From assembly GCA_965248755.1 (NCBI GenBank), contig OZ252149.1:96001-160000 (forward strand): DNA of 64,000 nucleotides, in the 5' to 3' direction. This document shows positions 61,458 to 64,000 of this stretch, piece after piece. The position numbers were made by a program, and so were the translations under genes. Numbering within the stretch: the stretch's first letter is position 1; every line of letters begins with the position of its first letter. Source of the stretch: Candidatus Latescibacterota bacterium. Lineage in GTDB: Bacteria > Latescibacterota > CBDEFO01. The notes beneath the pieces are model-generated. The model was given only the letters and a program-made list of their open reading frames with translations. It ran no database searches and was not told the origin of the DNA.

Positions 61458-62036
61458 TTGAAGCTATTGGCAGAAAACAATCAAGTGGTTGGCATTGCAG
61501 GTCAGCGCATACCCAAAATAGTACAGAGTCTGAACAATTTTGCCAGGTCAGATGAAGCAGACTTCAAAAAAGCGGATATTCATGAGGGCATTGATAGTAC
61601 TCTAATGCTGGTTCTGCACGAATTAAAGGATAGAGTCGAGGTGATCCAGGAATATGGAGACATTCCGCAGATCAACTGTTATCCCAACCAGCTGAACCAG
61701 GTCTTCATGAATTTGCTTCTAAATGCTGCCCATTCCGTCGAAGATAGTGGAATTATCACGATTAAGACATTTGCAGTAGATAAGTATGTTTGTATAAGAA
61801 TTTCTGACACAGGGAAGGGTATTCCATCTGAACATATCAATAGAATTTATGACCCTGGCTTTACAACCAAGGGGCTGGGTGTCGGGACAGGGTTAGGTTT
61901 ATCGATTTACTATAATATCACTCAACATCATAAAGGCACTGTCAGCGTAGAAAGTGAAGTTGGGAAAGACACAGAGTTTACGTTAACGTTACCGATAGAT
62001 CAAGCTAAAAAACCAAAGGCCACGTACAGGAGTTAG
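61458..62036 (+). pseudogene. Histidine kinase C-terminal (HATPase) fragment without H-box
   Basis: QLNQVFMNLLLNA, DTGKG, GFTTKGLGVGTGLGL; starts mid-domain and parallels the 3' half of the preceding kinase. Confidence 0.7.
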
Positions 62037-62067
62037 TTGCCGTGTCCTGACAAGAAAGGAGCCAAAC

Positions 62068-63126
62068 ATGTTGAGCATCCACCCGCTTCGACACTGGAAC
62101 TTCTGTTTGGCGTCAGCCTTCGCCATCGCTCTTGCTGTCACCAGCAGGCCAGCCGTGGGAGCGGAAGAAGAGGTGCCGAGCGGGGATCCGAGAATCCTCG
62201 CGCCGGGTGCCAAGCTGAAGAAACTGTTCGACCAAGGTTTTCTTACAGAAGGACCCGCCGTGGCACCGGATGGCACTGTCTGCTTCAGTGACATTACCTT
62301 TACTTCTGCGTCAGGAATGCAAGCAGGGCACATCTGGAAGTTTGACCCCAAGACCGGTAAGACCGCCATTTTCCGCTCCCCCAGCGGAATGTCCAACGGA
62401 ATAAAATTTGATGCCCAAGGACGGATGGTGGTGGCAGAAGGAGCGGACTTTGGGGGGTGCAGCATAATCCGCACGGATATGACATCGGGCAAGAGTGAAA
62501 TCCTCGCCGGCTTGTATGATGGGCGCCCGTTCAACTCTCCAAATGACTTGACCATTGATGAGAAGAGGCGGATCTACTTCAGTGACCCCCGGTATCTCGG
62601 GCATGAACCGGTGGATCAGCCCGTGATGGGGGTGTATCGAATTGATCCGGATGGCTCGGTCCACCTCATTATCACGGATGCGGGAAAGCCGAATGGCGTG
62701 GCTGTCTCACCTGATCAGAGGACCTTATACGTGGTAAGTAACGACAATGGTACAATAGGCTTTAACCGGCTTCCCCAAGGAGCGAAGCCCCACAAAGGAC
62801 GAATGGCGTTGATGGCGTATGACTTAGCCTTGGATGGAACCGCCAACTTTAGAAGAGTGCTGGTTGACTACTATCCAGAGGATGGACCAGACGGATTGGT
62901 CGTGGACGTGGAGGGGAATCTCTATGTGGCCGAGCGTAATCTGAAACGCCCGGGGATTGCCGTCCGTTCACCTGAAGGCAAGGAGCTGGCGTTCATCCCA
63001 ACTGAGGTTCCGACCAACGTCGCATTTGGCCGTGGGGCAGAGAGCACGACCCTATACATCACAGCAGGGGAGAGTCTTTATAAGATCAAGATGATGAAAG
63101 AAGGCTATCATCTGCCGTCCAAGTAA
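62068..63126 (+). CDS. Secreted SMP-30/gluconolactonase family protein
   Basis: Signal peptide, LTEGPA, SNGI, NSPND, FSDPRY, PNGV, PDGL, PTNVAFG motifs. Confidence 0.92.
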   Translation: MLSIHPLRHWNFCLASAFAIALAVTSRPAVGAEEEVPSGDPRILAPGAKLKKLFDQGFLTEGPAVAPDGTVCFSDITFTSASGMQAGHIWKFDPKTGKTAIFRSPSGMSNGIKFDAQGRMVVAEGADFGGCSIIRTDMTSGKSEILAGLYDGRPFNSPNDLTIDEKRRIYFSDPRYLGHEPVDQPVMGVYRIDPDGSVHLIITDAGKPNGVAVSPDQRTLYVVSNDNGTIGFNRLPQGAKPHKGRMALMAYDLALDGTANFRRVLVDYYPEDGPDGLVVDVEGNLYVAERNLKRPGIAVRSPEGKELAFIPTEVPTNVAFGRGAESTTLYITAGESLYKIKMMKEGYHLPSK

Positions 63127-63290
63127 GGACATACACCATAACAAGGTCAGGGACAACACCTTTGATCCGTATCTTTATATCTTCCCACCTGATCGACCAA
63201 CACTGATGAATACCACGACCAGATAGTTAGCCCTGGCTGCAAAAACTCCGATGAGAATTCACTCAGGTTAAGAGAGGATAAGAGAAATAA

Positions 63291-64000
63291 GGGAGTCTTG
63301 ACACACCGCTCGAAAAAAGTATTAGCCCTCGTAAAGATGTACCGGTCAGAATGGTATCAGAATCTGTATCAATCACAATTGACAACAGTATTGCGCGGGT
63401 TTACTGCGACTTCGATTTGCACAATGAAGGCCCCCCCTGATACACTAGCAGTAGGATTCCCAAGGGGGTGGGAAAAGGATCTCTACAACTTCCATGATAA
63501 GATGGCCGGTAAGTTTGTGACTGTACGAACTGGAGCACATGAACCCGTACACCCGTTTAACTTGGGAAAGATCGTCGACTGGAAAACGTTTGAAGTGCCT
63601 TTTTTGACTAAGGGCAGCAAGGTGCAAGTACGTAATTGGTATTGTACTGTTTTATCTAATACGAATTACGACGGACTGTCCGACCGCCGATTCATATACA
63701 TCCTGAAAACGGGTGCGCTGTGGGCAGGAACTATTGGCGATGCTACAATCACCATTACCCTGCGGAACACCCATCCTGACCAGATTACAAAGCTAGAACC
63801 GTCCGGTTACGTTCAGGAAGGTCAACGAATCACCTGGCAATTCAGGGATTTTGAGCCGACGGAAGACATTGAGATCCATCTTATGCAAGATTTTCTCTAT
63901 GGACGACTCCTCCGGTCTCAGATGTTGCTCAAACAAGATCCTAATAACGCCGAAGGTCATTTTCTATCCGGGACAGTGTATTTCAATCAAGAAGGGGTTT
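63291..64000 (+). pseudogene. DUF4424-like protein with TPR-like tail, frameshifted in a C7 tract, runs off the window
   Basis: VRMVSESVSI...VYCDFDLHNEG, shift at 63431-63437, then DTLAVGFP...YILKTGALWAGTIG...WQFRDFEP; no upstream start seen. Confidence 0.65.

Overview
A 64-kb bacterial chromosomal segment. It probably comes from an FCB-group candidate lineage such as Latescibacterota; this is inferred only from the LEQNYPNPFNP-type C-terminal domain, the LptD-like gene and the expanded PhyH/epimerase families. Housekeeping and envelope genes are an ECF transporter, an M16 peptidase pair, E. coli-type frdABCD, P-II, lptD-dtd-maf-priA, a DapL-like aminotransferase, MscS, AmmeMemoRadiSam amrS, a rhomboid, an M23 peptidase and a peptide-binding protein. 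These alternate with expanded sugar-acid catabolic clusters: Gfo/Idh/MocA, three PhyH dioxygenases, two DHDPS-like aldolases, two enolase-superfamily dehydratases, UxuA, seven NAD-epimerase/uronate-dehydrogenase-like copies and two lactonases. No rRNA, tRNA, CRISPR array or intact transposase is visible. The most unusual signal is a nested hierarchy of small selfish DNA. About 250-bp MITEs (CCCG...CGGG ends, 4-bp YTAR target duplications) contain REP-like pairs, which in turn carry a ~21-bp palindrome (CCCCGATTGAATCTATCGGGG). That palindrome occurs at about 13 sites, inserts into itself, and sits inside three protein-coding genes without breaking the frame. Other candidates are a split-barrel pair plus GAF histidine kinase sensor module, near-identical tandem dehydrogenases differing in one central block, a matrixin with an upstream TIMP/prodomain-like partner, a satellite-like origin hairpin with an excisionase remnant, and roughly ten disabled genes. 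All product calls come from motif recognition by eye; no database searches were run.
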